Assembly: GCF_000020025.1 (NCBI RefSeq)
Contig: NC_010628.1
Coordinates: forward strand, 2,880,001-2,912,000
Source: Nostoc punctiforme PCC 73102
GTDB lineage: Bacteria; Cyanobacteriota; Cyanobacteriia; Cyanobacteriales; Nostocaceae
DNA: 32,000 bases
Reading direction: 5' to 3'
Positions within the stretch are counted from its first letter, which is position 1. Each line of letters starts with the position of its first letter. The notes beneath the pieces are model-generated. The model was not told where the DNA came from. It did no database searches and saw only the letters and a program-made list of their open reading frames with translations. A program made the translations under genes and the position numbers. Of the stretch, positions 7,790 through 18,195 are shown piece after piece.

Positions 7790-10700
7790 ATGATTTGTGG
7801 CATAATATCATTACAAGATTATTGCCAATTTTTGCCACAGGTAGGAGAAAGTGACGTGGATCGCCAACGCACAACGCTTAACGTATCACTAACTCCTGAT
7901 TTCAATAAATTTATTACCTCGCTTGTCAACTCAGGAAAGTATAAATCAGCAAGTGAGGTCGTTCGACAAGGTCTGCGACTACTTCAACAGCAGGTAGCAA
8001 GCTCAAACCCTAAAAAGGAAAGTAATTCACAAGAGAGTGCAACAATTAACAGCGCTGTTAACGATAAGCGCTTAAATATGTTTCCTGGCTCTGGTGAAAT
8101 GAGGGAACGTATACATAATTTCGATTGGGCAAGTACATCTGTTGGCAGTGTAGAAACATGGCCACAAAGTTTGAGAGCAACGATACGTACTCTGCTGGGG
8201 TCACGGTATCCGATGATTTTACTTTGGGGGCAGGATCTAGTTCAAATTTATAATGATGCATATACTAGTTTAATTGGGGCAAAACATCCTCTGGCGCTAG
8301 GTCGTTCTATCCAAGAAACGCAATCGGAATCCTGGGATGTAATTGGGCCGATGATTGTTGAAGTGATGACAACGGGTGTTCCCAACTGGGTAGAAGACCA
8401 AATGATGGTGGTGAACCGAGCAGATTATAACGAGGAAGCCCACTTCAGTCTGTCTTACAGTGCCGTTGAAGATGACGAAGGTGCAATTAAGGGTATGCTT
8501 TGCGTATGTAGCGAAGTGACGCAGCAGGTACTAGGGGAGCGGCGCTTGCGCTTGCAACGTGATTTGGCAGCACGTTCTGGTGATACACGAAGTGTAGAAA
8601 CTACCTGTAAGGATATTCTGTCCACGATCGCAGAATATCCTCAAGATGTACCGTTTGCTCTGATTTACCTGAGCGAGCCAGATGGCAAGACAGTGCGATT
8701 ATCTGGCAGCGTTCGAGCAAACATAAATGAATCTATTGCACCTTTGAAGGTGGTTTTAGAAGAATTTACAGATATATGGCCGCTTGCAGAGGTAATGCTA
8801 GGAAATACAACTCTGATTGAAGGTCTTAATCGCCATATAACTATTGTCGGTGGACCCTGGAATGAAATAGTCTACCAAGCAATAGCGCTACCGATCCCGT
8901 CATCAAATGTCACAGCACCGCTTGGGGTACTCATTGCCGGAATCAGCCCCAATCGTCGCTTGGATGAAAGCTATAAATCGTTTTACGAGCTTTTAGCAGG
9001 GCAAGTTTCGGTTTCGCTTCGCAATGCTCAAGCATACGAAGAAGAACGCAAAAAAGCCCAAGCGTTAGCTGAACTAGACCGAACTAAAACAGCATTTTTC
9101 AATAATGTCTCTCATGAGTTTCGCACACCTTTGACGTTAATACTGGGCCCGTTAGAGGATGTGCTAAACAACCAGAACGCGAGATTGACAAGTGAGGAAC
9201 GCGAACAATTGCAATTAGTTCACCGAAACAGCCTGCGTTTGCTCAAGTTAGTCAACACACTATTAGACTTTTCGCGCATCGAAGCAAATCGCATTCAAGC
9301 AGTTTATGAACCGATAGACCTTGCTGTATTTACAACTGAACTGGCCAGTGTCTTCCGCTCAACTATCGAACGGGCCGGTTTACGTCTAATAGTAGATTGC
9401 CCACCTTTACCAGAAGCGGTGTATGTAGACCGCGAAATGTGGGAAAAGATTGTTTTGAATTTGCTCAGTAATGCTTTCAAATTCACGTTTATTGGACAAA
9501 TCAGTGTAAGCTTGCGTTGGTACACAGAATATGTGGAACTGGAAGTCCAGGATACAGGTATAGGAATTCCAGCAGAGGAATTGCCCCATTTGTTCGAGCG
9601 TTTTTACCGCGTACAAGGGTTACAAGGTCGCACTTATGAAGGCTCTGGAATTGGATTATCCCTAGTGCAGGATCTGATTCGACTTCATGGTGGCTCAATT
9701 CGTGTAAGCAGTAAAGTAAATCAGGGAAGTTCTTTCATTGTTTTACTTCCTACTGGTACTGCTCATCTGCCCACTGAACGCATTGCATCTGGGCATGATT
9801 TGCCGAACACTGCTTCGGTAACGGCTGCTTTTGTTGAAGAAGCATGGCGTTGGCTACCACAAGAAGCAGGGGAGCAGGGGAGCAGGGGAGCAGGGGAGGA
9901 AAACACTTTCTTCTCCTCTGCTCCTCTGCCCCTCTGCCCCCCCCGCACAAGTGCCCGCATTCTTCTGGCTGATGACAACGCAGATATGCGTGATTATTTA
10001 AAGCACTTACTTCAGCCAGATTACGAAGTAGAGGCAGCCACAAATGGATTAGCTGCTTTAGCAGCAGCCCGCAGACAAATACCGGATTTAGTACTTAGCG
10101 ATATTATGATGCCGGGAATCGACGGTTTGCAATTGTTGCGCGAATTGCGCTCTGCATCATCCACTCGTGAAGTGCCTATTATCCTGCTATCCGCCCGCGC
10201 TGGTGAAGAATCTCGTGTTGAAGGCTTAGAAATGGGCGCGGATGATTACCTGATCAAACCTTTCTCGGCGCGAGAACTGCTGGCGCGGGTAAGAACAAAC
10301 TTAGAGTTGTCTCGACTGCGTAAAGATGCTTTAGCTCAACAAGCCGAACGGATTCGGGAGCAGGCAGCGCGAGTTGAAGCGGAAGCAGCCAATCGGATGA
10401 AAGATGAATTTCTGCAAGTACTTTCCCATGAGATTCGCACACCGCTCAATGGAATGCTTGGCTGGGTTAAGATGCTTCGCCAAGGTAAATTGGACTCATC
10501 TGCGACTACTCGGGCGCTAGAAACTATTGAGCGCAACGCCAATGCTCAAGCGAAATTAGTAGACGATTTGCTGGATGTATCATGTATTATCCGAGGGCAA
10601 CTGCGCCTGGAAAAGCGTCCAGTTTCTCTAATCTCAGTGATTACTGAAGCTATCGAAACTCTAAAACCACAAGCTGAAGCTAAAGATATTACCATTAACT

Positions 10701-11518
10701 GTATGCTCGATCGGTATGTTAGTTCTGTTTCTGGAGATGCTAGCCGTTTACAACAAGTAGCGTGGAATCTGCTGAGTAATGCAATTAAATTTACACCTTC
10801 TGGGGGACAGGTAGAGGTTTCCCTACAAGCTGTGGGTACAGACGCGCTTCTCCAGGTCAAAGATACAGGTAATGGTATTAAAGCTGACTTCTTGCCCTAC
10901 ATTTTTGAACGCTTTCGTCAGGCAGACGCAAGTACAACCCGAACCTATGGAGGGCTAGGCTTAGGACTTGCAATTGTCCGGCATTTAGTGGAAATGCATG
11001 GGGGAACAGTAGAGGCTGATAGTCCAGGGCTTGGGCTTGGAGCAACCTTTGGGGTGCGCTTACCTCTAATGAGCATCTCTTATATTTCTGAGGGTGCAGA
11101 ATCAATCTCTGGAAACGATGATAGTCAAATTTCACTCAACGGTTTACGAGTCTTAGTTGTTGATGATGAAGCTGATGGGCGGGAGCTTGTTGGTTTTATC
11201 TTGCAGCAACATGGTGCATTGGTGAGTCAGGCAGCATCAGTAGCCCAAGCATGGTCAGCGTTAGAGTCGGGAATGCCACACATACTGATTTCGGATCTTG
11301 GTATGCCCGAAGAGGATGGCTACAGCTTTATTCGTCGAATCAGAGCTTTACCGATAGAAAAAGGGGGTAGAATGCCAGCGATCGCCTTGAGTGCTTATGC
11401 TAAGGAAGAAGACCGAAGGCGAGCGCTACTAACAGGCTTTCAAATGTATTTGTCCAAGCCATTTGATCCAGATGAGCTATTAATTATGGTCGCAAGTTTG
11501 TCTGGTCAATTTCCGTAG
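7790..11518 (+). CDS. Multidomain hybrid sensor histidine kinase: ParD-like RHH, PAS-like, GAF, HisKA+HATPase, REC, HisKA+HATPase, REC
   Basis: Single 1242-codon ORF. An alternative start is the GTG at 7856, 8 nt after GGAG, giving 1221 aa.
- The N-terminus RTTLNVSLTPDFNKFITSLVNSGKYKSASEVVRQGLRLLQQQ matches the ParD-antitoxin pattern (F..FI...v.SGrY.SASEVvR..LRLL).
- The PAS-like block is DWASTSVGSVETWPQSLR...YNDAYTSLIGAKHPLALG.
- H-box 1 is SHEFRTPL (His codon 9113-9115).
- REC1 has its Asp in LVLSDIMMPG (10100-10102).
- H-box 2 is SHEIRTPL (His 10427-10429).
- REC2 has its Asp in ILISDLGMPE (11294-11296). Confidence 0.9.
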   Translation: MICGIISLQDYCQFLPQVGESDVDRQRTTLNVSLTPDFNKFITSLVNSGKYKSASEVVRQGLRLLQQQVASSNPKKESNSQESATINSAVNDKRLNMFPGSGEMRERIHNFDWASTSVGSVETWPQSLRATIRTLLGSRYPMILLWGQDLVQIYNDAYTSLIGAKHPLALGRSIQETQSESWDVIGPMIVEVMTTGVPNWVEDQMMVVNRADYNEEAHFSLSYSAVEDDEGAIKGMLCVCSEVTQQVLGERRLRLQRDLAARSGDTRSVETTCKDILSTIAEYPQDVPFALIYLSEPDGKTVRLSGSVRANINESIAPLKVVLEEFTDIWPLAEVMLGNTTLIEGLNRHITIVGGPWNEIVYQAIALPIPSSNVTAPLGVLIAGISPNRRLDESYKSFYELLAGQVSVSLRNAQAYEEERKKAQALAELDRTKTAFFNNVSHEFRTPLTLILGPLEDVLNNQNARLTSEEREQLQLVHRNSLRLLKLVNTLLDFSRIEANRIQAVYEPIDLAVFTTELASVFRSTIERAGLRLIVDCPPLPEAVYVDREMWEKIVLNLLSNAFKFTFIGQISVSLRWYTEYVELEVQDTGIGIPAEELPHLFERFYRVQGLQGRTYEGSGIGLSLVQDLIRLHGGSIRVSSKVNQGSSFIVLLPTGTAHLPTERIASGHDLPNTASVTAAFVEEAWRWLPQEAGEQGSRGAGEENTFFSSAPLPLCPPRTSARILLADDNADMRDYLKHLLQPDYEVEAATNGLAALAAARRQIPDLVLSDIMMPGIDGLQLLRELRSASSTREVPIILLSARAGEESRVEGLEMGADDYLIKPFSARELLARVRTNLELSRLRKDALAQQAERIREQAARVEAEAANRMKDEFLQVLSHEIRTPLNGMLGWVKMLRQGKLDSSATTRALETIERNANAQAKLVDDLLDVSCIIRGQLRLEKRPVSLISVITEAIETLKPQAEAKDITINCMLDRYVSSVSGDASRLQQVAWNLLSNAIKFTPSGGQVEVSLQAVGTDALLQVKDTGNGIKADFLPYIFERFRQADASTTRTYGGLGLGLAIVRHLVEMHGGTVEADSPGLGLGATFGVRLPLMSISYISEGAESISGNDDSQISLNGLRVLVVDDEADGRELVGFILQQHGALVSQAASVAQAWSALESGMPHILISDLGMPEEDGYSFIRRIRALPIEKGGRMPAIALSAYAKEEDRRRALLTGFQMYLSKPFDPDELLIMVASLSGQFP
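9866..9944. repeat. Purine-rich octamer repeats (GCAGGGGA x4) followed by a pyrimidine-rich quasi-complement (TCTGCYCC x3), lying in-frame inside the kinase gene
   Basis: Read directly from the sequence. It encodes the low-complexity linker EAGEQGSRGAGEENTFFSSAPLPLCPP between HATPase 1 and REC1. Relatives of this repeat occur in spacers at 24767-24808 and 31117-31275. Confidence 0.75.
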
Positions 11519-12330
11519 AATTACAGCAATTTGAGATCAAATCCACCACGAATATCGTAAACTTTAAAGATGTAGATATTATTTGGTCAGATTTTAATCG
11601 AGAAGCATTTCATCAGGCTTTATTGAGCTATCAAAGTCGCGATCGCTGTTTTGGTCAAGTTAAAGCTTCATTCTCAGCTTAGGGTATTTGGAAATAGTAC
11701 TTACTTTAAGGTATTGCTTCTTTTACCAAAATGTGATATGCTATGTTCCTGTTTAAAAATTTTCTGTATGCGATCGCTATAAAACTTCTCTTGGATGAAA
11801 CTGGTTAACAACCATAAGAGAACTTATTTCCACCGTTTTCCTCCCGATCTTACCTGTACCCCAATCGATTTGCGATCGCAGTCTCTTAAATTTTTTAAGT
11901 AAATTATTCTTTGTTAGGTATTAAGCCGAAATCCTCGGCTCAATACTTGTATTCATTATCACAAAATCAGACTTATGTAAATTATTATTTTGTCAATGTA
12001 TCAATCCGCTTTTATATTTGAACAGAGAAAATTTGGAAGGCTTATGAATCAAGCATTTTACGTAATGCATTTCAAAAACCATTTAGGATTGCTATCGTAA
12101 TTATAAAAACTATCAATATGATGTATTGTTAATTCTTTCCAAAAATAGTATTTACTATAATTTAATACTTGCGATACAAGCTGATGTTTTGGTAAGTCAA
12201 TTCAGAAAAAAACCTGATATCAAAAATTTAAAGTTAGCAAGACCTCTTGCTAAATCTACTTTAAATTTACTTATCAATACATTTTAAAATCGCAATCAAT
12301 TTTTTCACTATTTTATAGGTGTTGGGAGTT

Positions 12331-14253
12331 ATGATGTCAAAATATCTACTAGCTTCTGCTAGTGGGATGGGATTTTTATGTTTAATTGCTGGGTTATCAC
12401 CTGTGCAAGCCCTTCCTAGTTTAGAAATTGCAGATGAAAACGTAGCTGTTAATCAAAATGATGGCAGCTATCAAAAAAATGATTTTAATCAAAGCAATTT
12501 AGCAAAAAATATCTCCAGTAAATTGCTAATAGCTAATGAGAATCAAAAAAAATTTTCCTCAGTCAAGCAACAGCAAAATAATCAAGATTTAGGAGTAGAT
12601 TCTGCTGTTACCTATAAACAGCCAGTTATACCACAATCTATAAATTCATCTCCATCCTCAGACAAACTTGCACAAGTAACATCCGTATCGCAATTGTCTG
12701 ATGTACAGCCGACTGATTGGGCTTTTCAGGCACTCCAATCTTTAGTTGAGCGCTATGGTTGTATCGCAGGTTATCCCAATCAAACCTATCGCGGTAATCG
12801 GGCGATGACTCGCTATGAATTTGCTGCTGGTTTAAATGCTTGTTTAGAGCGAATCAATGAACTGATTGCGACTGCAACTGGTGATTTGGTCAAAAAAGAA
12901 GATTTAGCCGCATTGCAAAAACTACAAGAACAATTTGCGGCGGAATTGTCAACATTGCGGGGTCGAGTGGATGCTGTAGAAGCTCGCACCGCAGAACTAG
13001 AAGTAAATCAATTTTCTACGACTACTAAACTTAATGGAGAAGTAATTATTGCTGGTGTTGGTGCTACCGGCGGCGCTCCTAATGACAGTGACCCGAACAT
13101 CATCCTAGTCAATAGAGTGCGATTAAATCTCACCACTAGCTTTACTGGTAAAGATTCATTAATTACTGGATTGCAAGCTTATAACTTTTTAGGTGGAGCC
13201 GATGGACAGGGTAGCCTGCAACAAAGTTTAGGATTAGCTTCACCTCTTTTAAGTTCTAGTAGCGCTCGTACCAGTTTTGAGCCGCAATTTCCGGGGTTAA
13301 ATGTCAATACTTTGTCGAGCGTTGGCGCAAACAGTGTTCAGCTTTACAAATTGCTGTATATCTTTCCCGTCGCTAATAAATTAACCTTGTTTGCGGGAAC
13401 TGCGGCGGAAACATCAGATGCTTTCCCAGCAATTACGCCTTTTTATGGCGAAGGCCAAGAGTCAATTTCTCGTTTTGCCGGCTTAAATCCTGTGCTACGG
13501 GTTTCTGGTGGGACTTCTGGTACTGGTTTAGCATCGGCGGCAGGCTTTATTTATAGTATTTCCCCGAATTTGGATTTACGAGCTTTATACGGTAGTGTCA
13601 ACGCCAATTTACCCCAAAAATCTGCTGATGAGGTACTACCAGGAGTTTCTACGACACCTTTGGGAGGTGGCTTATTTAGTGGGAGTAGTGTTGTTGCCGC
13701 ACAGTTAACCTTCAAGCCCAGTCCTGACCTAGATATTGGTCTAAACTATGCCAATAGTTATCATGAAATCAATATTTTAGGTACAGGATTAATTAGTGGT
13801 GATGTTGGTGCTTTAGCTGGTGTTGAGGCTGGAACACCCGTCAAACTCAACTCCTTTGGGGGTACGGTAACATGGCGATTGTCTCCCAAAATAGCCTTAT
13901 CTGGCTACGGTGCAGCACTATTTGTTGATGCTGCTTCAAATAGCGTGAATGCTTCCACCACCTTTACAAGTTGGATGGCGGGAGTTCACTTCAGAGATTT
14001 ATTCAAGTCAGGAAACACTGCTGGGATTCTTTTTGGTCAGCCGCTTTTCCGTAGTGATACTGGTGGTTCTGCTCAACTTACCCCCACAGGCGAGAATCGG
14101 GCGACTCCTTATCATTTGGAAGCCTATTACCGCCTTCAAGTTAGCGATAATATCAGCATTACCCCTGGTGCGTTTGTTCTCTTTAACCCAGAAGGTAACA
14201 GCAACAATGAGACTACGACTGTAGGCGTACTTCGGACTACTTTTACCTTTTAA
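12331..14253 (+). CDS. Outer-membrane porin with N-terminal SLH domain and OprB-like beta-barrel (cyanobacterial 'iron uptake porin' type)
   Basis: The ORF-track entry starts at GTG 12319. ATG 12331 follows GGGAG and is the likelier start. There is a signal-peptide-like N-terminus. The SLH motif is DVQPTDWAFQALQSLVERYGCIAGYPNQTYRGNRAMTRYEFAAGLNACL. A coiled-coil segment follows, then a Gly/Ser/Thr-rich barrel ending in ...TTFTF. Confidence 0.8.
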   Translation: MMSKYLLASASGMGFLCLIAGLSPVQALPSLEIADENVAVNQNDGSYQKNDFNQSNLAKNISSKLLIANENQKKFSSVKQQQNNQDLGVDSAVTYKQPVIPQSINSSPSSDKLAQVTSVSQLSDVQPTDWAFQALQSLVERYGCIAGYPNQTYRGNRAMTRYEFAAGLNACLERINELIATATGDLVKKEDLAALQKLQEQFAAELSTLRGRVDAVEARTAELEVNQFSTTTKLNGEVIIAGVGATGGAPNDSDPNIILVNRVRLNLTTSFTGKDSLITGLQAYNFLGGADGQGSLQQSLGLASPLLSSSSARTSFEPQFPGLNVNTLSSVGANSVQLYKLLYIFPVANKLTLFAGTAAETSDAFPAITPFYGEGQESISRFAGLNPVLRVSGGTSGTGLASAAGFIYSISPNLDLRALYGSVNANLPQKSADEVLPGVSTTPLGGGLFSGSSVVAAQLTFKPSPDLDIGLNYANSYHEINILGTGLISGDVGALAGVEAGTPVKLNSFGGTVTWRLSPKIALSGYGAALFVDAASNSVNASTTFTSWMAGVHFRDLFKSGNTAGILFGQPLFRSDTGGSAQLTPTGENRATPYHLEAYYRLQVSDNISITPGAFVLFNPEGNSNNETTTVGVLRTTFTF

Positions 14254-14311
14254 CAATAGCTCCAAAGAGCGATCACACCATAACTAGCAAGCAAATATCC
14301 TCCCAAAAGTA

Positions 14312-14331
14312 ACACTCCTGAAAAGGAGTGT
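14312..14331 (+). terminator. Hairpin ACACTCCT-GAAA-AGGAGTGT about 60 nt downstream of the porin gene
   Basis: Perfect 8-bp stem with a GAAA loop. No clear U-tract follows, so terminator function is uncertain. Confidence 0.3.
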
Positions 14332-14810
14332 CGAGGATGAGATAATCACTAATAAATAAGTAGAAATTTGGTGGACGATTATCGAATAATAATATTGTCT
14401 TTTTGCCCAAAATCTTTTATGGAAAACTGGTGAAATGCTTAGGTTCGCTACGCTAAGAATAAAGTGCGTAGCCCATTATAGATATCGCCTCACACATAAC
14501 CTAATTGTTTCTTTTACTTGAGTTACCAGGTTGATTTGAAAGTTGGTGCTTTTGTATAACCCGCTCAATCTGGCAAGTCACCTCATTTATTCTGTATTTA
14601 ACCTTATCAAAATCAATATTTACCCAAATATAGGCTTTGTCAGGTTTTTCTCGCTTATTATCCATATACCGCTTTTTTTGTTAAGATATTTTCTTATATC
14701 TATACAATATAGCTATCTCTATTTCTAAACTACTTTCTCTAGACGTATAAGTAAATATGCTTAATATTTACTTAAGATTTTCTCTGCTAGAAGTTCAACC
14801 ACTATTCACT

Positions 14811-14837
14811 AAAAGAGACGCGACATTTCGCGCCTCT
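14811..14837 (-). terminator. Rho-independent terminator of the thioredoxin gene
   Basis: In minus sense it reads AGAGGCGCG-AAATGT-CGCGTCTCT followed by TTTT, about 30 nt after the stop at 14869. It is a diverged member of the AGACGCGATTAATCGCGTCT palindrome family. Confidence 0.6.
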
Positions 14838-14868
14838 AAGAAGCAAAACCCGAATTCTAAGTATTAGC

Positions 14869-15186
14869 TTAAATCTTTGTTTGTAGATATTGCACCAACT
14901 GCGGTGCTTGCATTACTCCCTCTATCCTATCCACAGGTTGACCTTGCTTAAACAATACTAAGGTTGGAAGAGATGCAATTTTATACTCAGTAGCCAAATC
15001 TGTGTATTTTTCTGTATCAATTTTGACAATCCGTAGGCGATCCTTAAGTTGGAGATTGACTTGCTCTAAAATTGGCACCATCATTTGGCATGGGCCACAC
15101 CAGTCAGCGTAAAAATCTACTAATACAGGTACATCAGAAGCAGACAGCATCTCTTCAAAGCTGTTAAATTGTTTTTTAGTTGCCAT
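14869..15186 (-). CDS. Thioredoxin (105 aa)
   Basis: WCGPC active site within VLVDFYADWCGPCQMMVPIL, with thioredoxin length and fold pattern. The ORF-track start at 15207 is a TTG. The ATG at 15186 (MATKKQF...) is more plausible. Confidence 0.85.
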   Translation of the reverse strand: MATKKQFNSFEEMLSASDVPVLVDFYADWCGPCQMMVPILEQVNLQLKDRLRIVKIDTEKYTDLATEYKIASLPTLVLFKQGQPVDRIEGVMQAPQLVQYLQTKI

Positions 15187-15405
15187 GTGACACACACCGA
15201 TTTTCAATTGTTTGTTTCAATAGTAATTCTTAGTAAATAAAATCGGTACAAGTTTATGGGTTTTGTTGGGAAAATATTAGATTACTCAATATAGATTGAT
15301 TGACCCGCAAAAATCTTAAATAATTATAATAAAATCAATATATAGTGTGCGTTTGTGTATATGGATTAGATATGTATTTCAATCTATCTTAGCTTCCTAA
15401 ATAAG

Positions 15406-15497
15406 GTAAGTTGCCACAATAAAATCATACCATGTAAAGAAAAATGAACTACGCTAAAATCCTTATAGCTATTGCCTGTTGTCTATTGCCTATTGCC
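15406..15497. repeat. ~90-bp dispersed repeat, inverted copy of 18084-18168
   Basis: The reverse complement aligns with 18084-18168 at roughly 88% identity. It has one extra heptamer (GGCAATAGGCAATAG...TATAAGG.TTTTAGC...GATTTTATTGTG.CAACTTAC). Confidence 0.7.
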
Positions 15498-15650
15498 TTA
15501 TCCCAAAACTAAATACAAAAATATCTAATTTGCAGGATGACAGCAAGATTGTCACCCTAAAGAGTGAGATTCTATCCAGACAATATTCAGATGTTCCCTA
15601 AATCACCATAAGATAATTAGCGCGGTATTTCTAAGATTGAGGAACATTAA

Positions 15651-16397
<747 letters not shown>

Positions 16398-16435
16398 ATA
16401 GTGCTGAGTTAAGAGTTATTGCAAGGAGGCAGGAC

Positions 16436-16543
16436 AATACTTTTCGGTTAAACCCAATAATCTCTCTTTTGATCTGGGGAAAGGTTAAAGGGGAAAGGGT
16501 TTGAATTTCCCTTTCCCCTTTCCCCCAAAACCCGAAAAGTATT
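16436..16543. repeat. Long imperfect palindromic element downstream of fabG, with a perfect inner 13-bp hairpin
   Basis: Outer arms are AATACTTTTCGG (16436-16447) and CCGAAAAGTATT (16532-16543). The inner stem is AAAGGGGAAAGGG (16487-16499) pairing with CCCTTTCCCCTTT (16509-16521), with a 9-nt loop. Confidence 0.7.
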
Positions 16544-16791
16544 GGGAGGTAGGAGACAGAGGGTAGTTTTCCTGCTGCCTTCATCTGAAGAGATATATTT
16601 ACGTTGACACACAACATAATTCTTCTGTAGAGTGAGTGCGTAATACCGTTTCACTTTCAGGTTGATAGAAATAGACCGCAGGGGACAGAATTAGAGACAA
16701 ATATATTTGTATCAAGCATTTCGTGAAATGGTATCAGCCCTAATCTTTTAAGATTAGTCTAAAACTGAATGAGAAATATTCCCTAGCAAAA

Positions 16792-18012
16792 ATGACTAAC
16801 TCAACACCAAGTCGTTTGGGTGAACTCGCCAAACTGTTTTTTAAACTTGGCGTTATCGGCTTTGGGGGCCCGGTTGCCCATATTGCCATGATTGAAGATG
16901 AAGTGGTTAAGCGTCGTCAGTGGTTGACAAGGGAGCATTTTCTGGATTTGCTGGGCGCAACTAACCTAATTCCTGGACCAAATTCCACAGAAATGGCTAT
17001 CCATATAGGATACATCTATGCAGGTTGGCTGGGGCTGATTGTCTCAGGTGTCTGTTTTGTCTTACCTGCGGTTCTAATTACTGGGGGGTTTGCTTGGGTT
17101 TATGTTGCCTACGGCACTTTACCTCAAGTAGCTCCACTCTTTTATGGCATTAAACCGGCTGTTTTAGCAATCATTCTCAATGCCCTCTGGGGCTTGGCAA
17201 AAAAGGCTGTGAAAACTCGCCAATTGTTAGTGATTGCTTTGGCTGTGGCATTAATGACATTATTATTCAAATTAAATGAAGTAATTGCCCTATTAGTTGG
17301 GGGATTGCTGGGTATGGTTTGGTTACATTCTGGCGATAAAAACGACAAACCAGGAGATAAAGCCAACTTTCTAATTGCTAGTCTCAGCACAGGTGCGACT
17401 TTAAAGGCATCAACGGTTGTTGCTGCATCGGTAGCTACCGCATCTACTGTAACCAACGTTTCTTTATGGCAGTTGGGTTGGTTTTTTCTGAAAGTCGGTA
17501 GTGTCTTGTTTGGTGGTGGCTACCTTTTGGTGGCTTTTCTCCAAGGAGGATTAGTTCAAGAATATGGCTGGCTGACACAACAGCAGTTGCTAGATGCGAT
17601 CGCAATTGGTCAATTTACTCCTGGGCCAGTACTTTCGACTGCTACGTTTATTGGTTATATCATTGCCGACATCCCTGGCGCAATTATTGCCACAATCGGA
17701 ATTTTTCTACCTTCTTTTGTTTTCGTTGCTGCCCTGAATCCCTTGATTCCCCGTTTACGGGCCTCTTCTTGGAGTAGAGCATTTTTGGATGCTGTGAATG
17801 TTAGTGCTGTAGCGCTAATGGTTGTTACCACCCTGCAACTGGGTGCAGCCACCTTAACATTACCACAAGCCCCATTTGTAGATTTTCTCGGCTTGGCGAT
17901 CGCGATCGTCTCAGCCATTTTAGCTATTCACTTCCGCATCAATGCTGCATGGCTAGTTTTTGGTAGTGCTTTTATTGGATGGGGCGCTACACTCTTGGGC
18001 TACACTCGTTGA
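16792..18012 (+). CDS. chrA: Chromate transporter, CHR family (two-domain ChrA)
   Basis: 406-aa polytopic protein. The N-terminus FGGPVAHIAMIEDEVVKRRQWLTREHFLDLLGATNLIPGPNSTEMA is the CHR signature. A second CHR half follows (LFGGGYLLVAFLQ...GQFTPGPVLSTATFIGY). Confidence 0.85.
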   Translation: MTNSTPSRLGELAKLFFKLGVIGFGGPVAHIAMIEDEVVKRRQWLTREHFLDLLGATNLIPGPNSTEMAIHIGYIYAGWLGLIVSGVCFVLPAVLITGGFAWVYVAYGTLPQVAPLFYGIKPAVLAIILNALWGLAKKAVKTRQLLVIALAVALMTLLFKLNEVIALLVGGLLGMVWLHSGDKNDKPGDKANFLIASLSTGATLKASTVVAASVATASTVTNVSLWQLGWFFLKVGSVLFGGGYLLVAFLQGGLVQEYGWLTQQQLLDAIAIGQFTPGPVLSTATFIGYIIADIPGAIIATIGIFLPSFVFVAALNPLIPRLRASSWSRAFLDAVNVSAVALMVVTTLQLGAATLTLPQAPFVDFLGLAIAIVSAILAIHFRINAAWLVFGSAFIGWGATLLGYTR

Positions 18013-18066
18013 AATTGCATATTTTATCAAAACAGAATTTTGGAGTCATGCGATTTCTGGGTGAGG

Positions 18067-18195
18067 CTGCGCCAAATTTTCTAGGCAATAGGCAATAGGC
18101 AACAGGTATAAGGGTTTTAGCCTATTTCATCTTTATTTACATAGTTTGATTTTATTGTGCCAACTTACTTACGTTCCTCATATAGTTTGGCGCAG
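18067..18195. repeat. MITE-like 129-bp element bounded by perfect 10-bp inverted repeats
   Basis: The terminal repeats are CTGCGCCAAA (18067-18076) and TTTGGCGCAG (18186-18195). The interior carries GGCAATA heptamers and the ~90-bp core shared with 15406-15497. Confidence 0.5.

Noticed and set aside
8058-11135. Numerous 60-105-aa minus-strand ORFs inside the kinase gene, plus similar antisense ORFs inside brxC, the transporter genes, chrA, argJ and gatB.
   Set aside because: They are shadow ORFs opposite well-supported long CDSs, with low-complexity or Arg/Ser-rich translations and no recognisable motifs.
11476-11682. A start-less 68-codon open frame overlapping the kinase stop (…IVNFKDVDIIWSDFNREAFHQALLSYQSRDRCFGQVKASFSA).
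   Set aside because: It has no start codon and I can name no family for it. It may be a gene remnant, but the evidence is too thin for a feature.
14543-14728. 61-aa plus-strand ORF in the porin/thioredoxin spacer, and ORFs 16387..16617 and 16448..16654.
   Set aside because: These are AT-rich or repeat-derived translations (the latter two run through the fabG palindromic element), with no SD or motifs.
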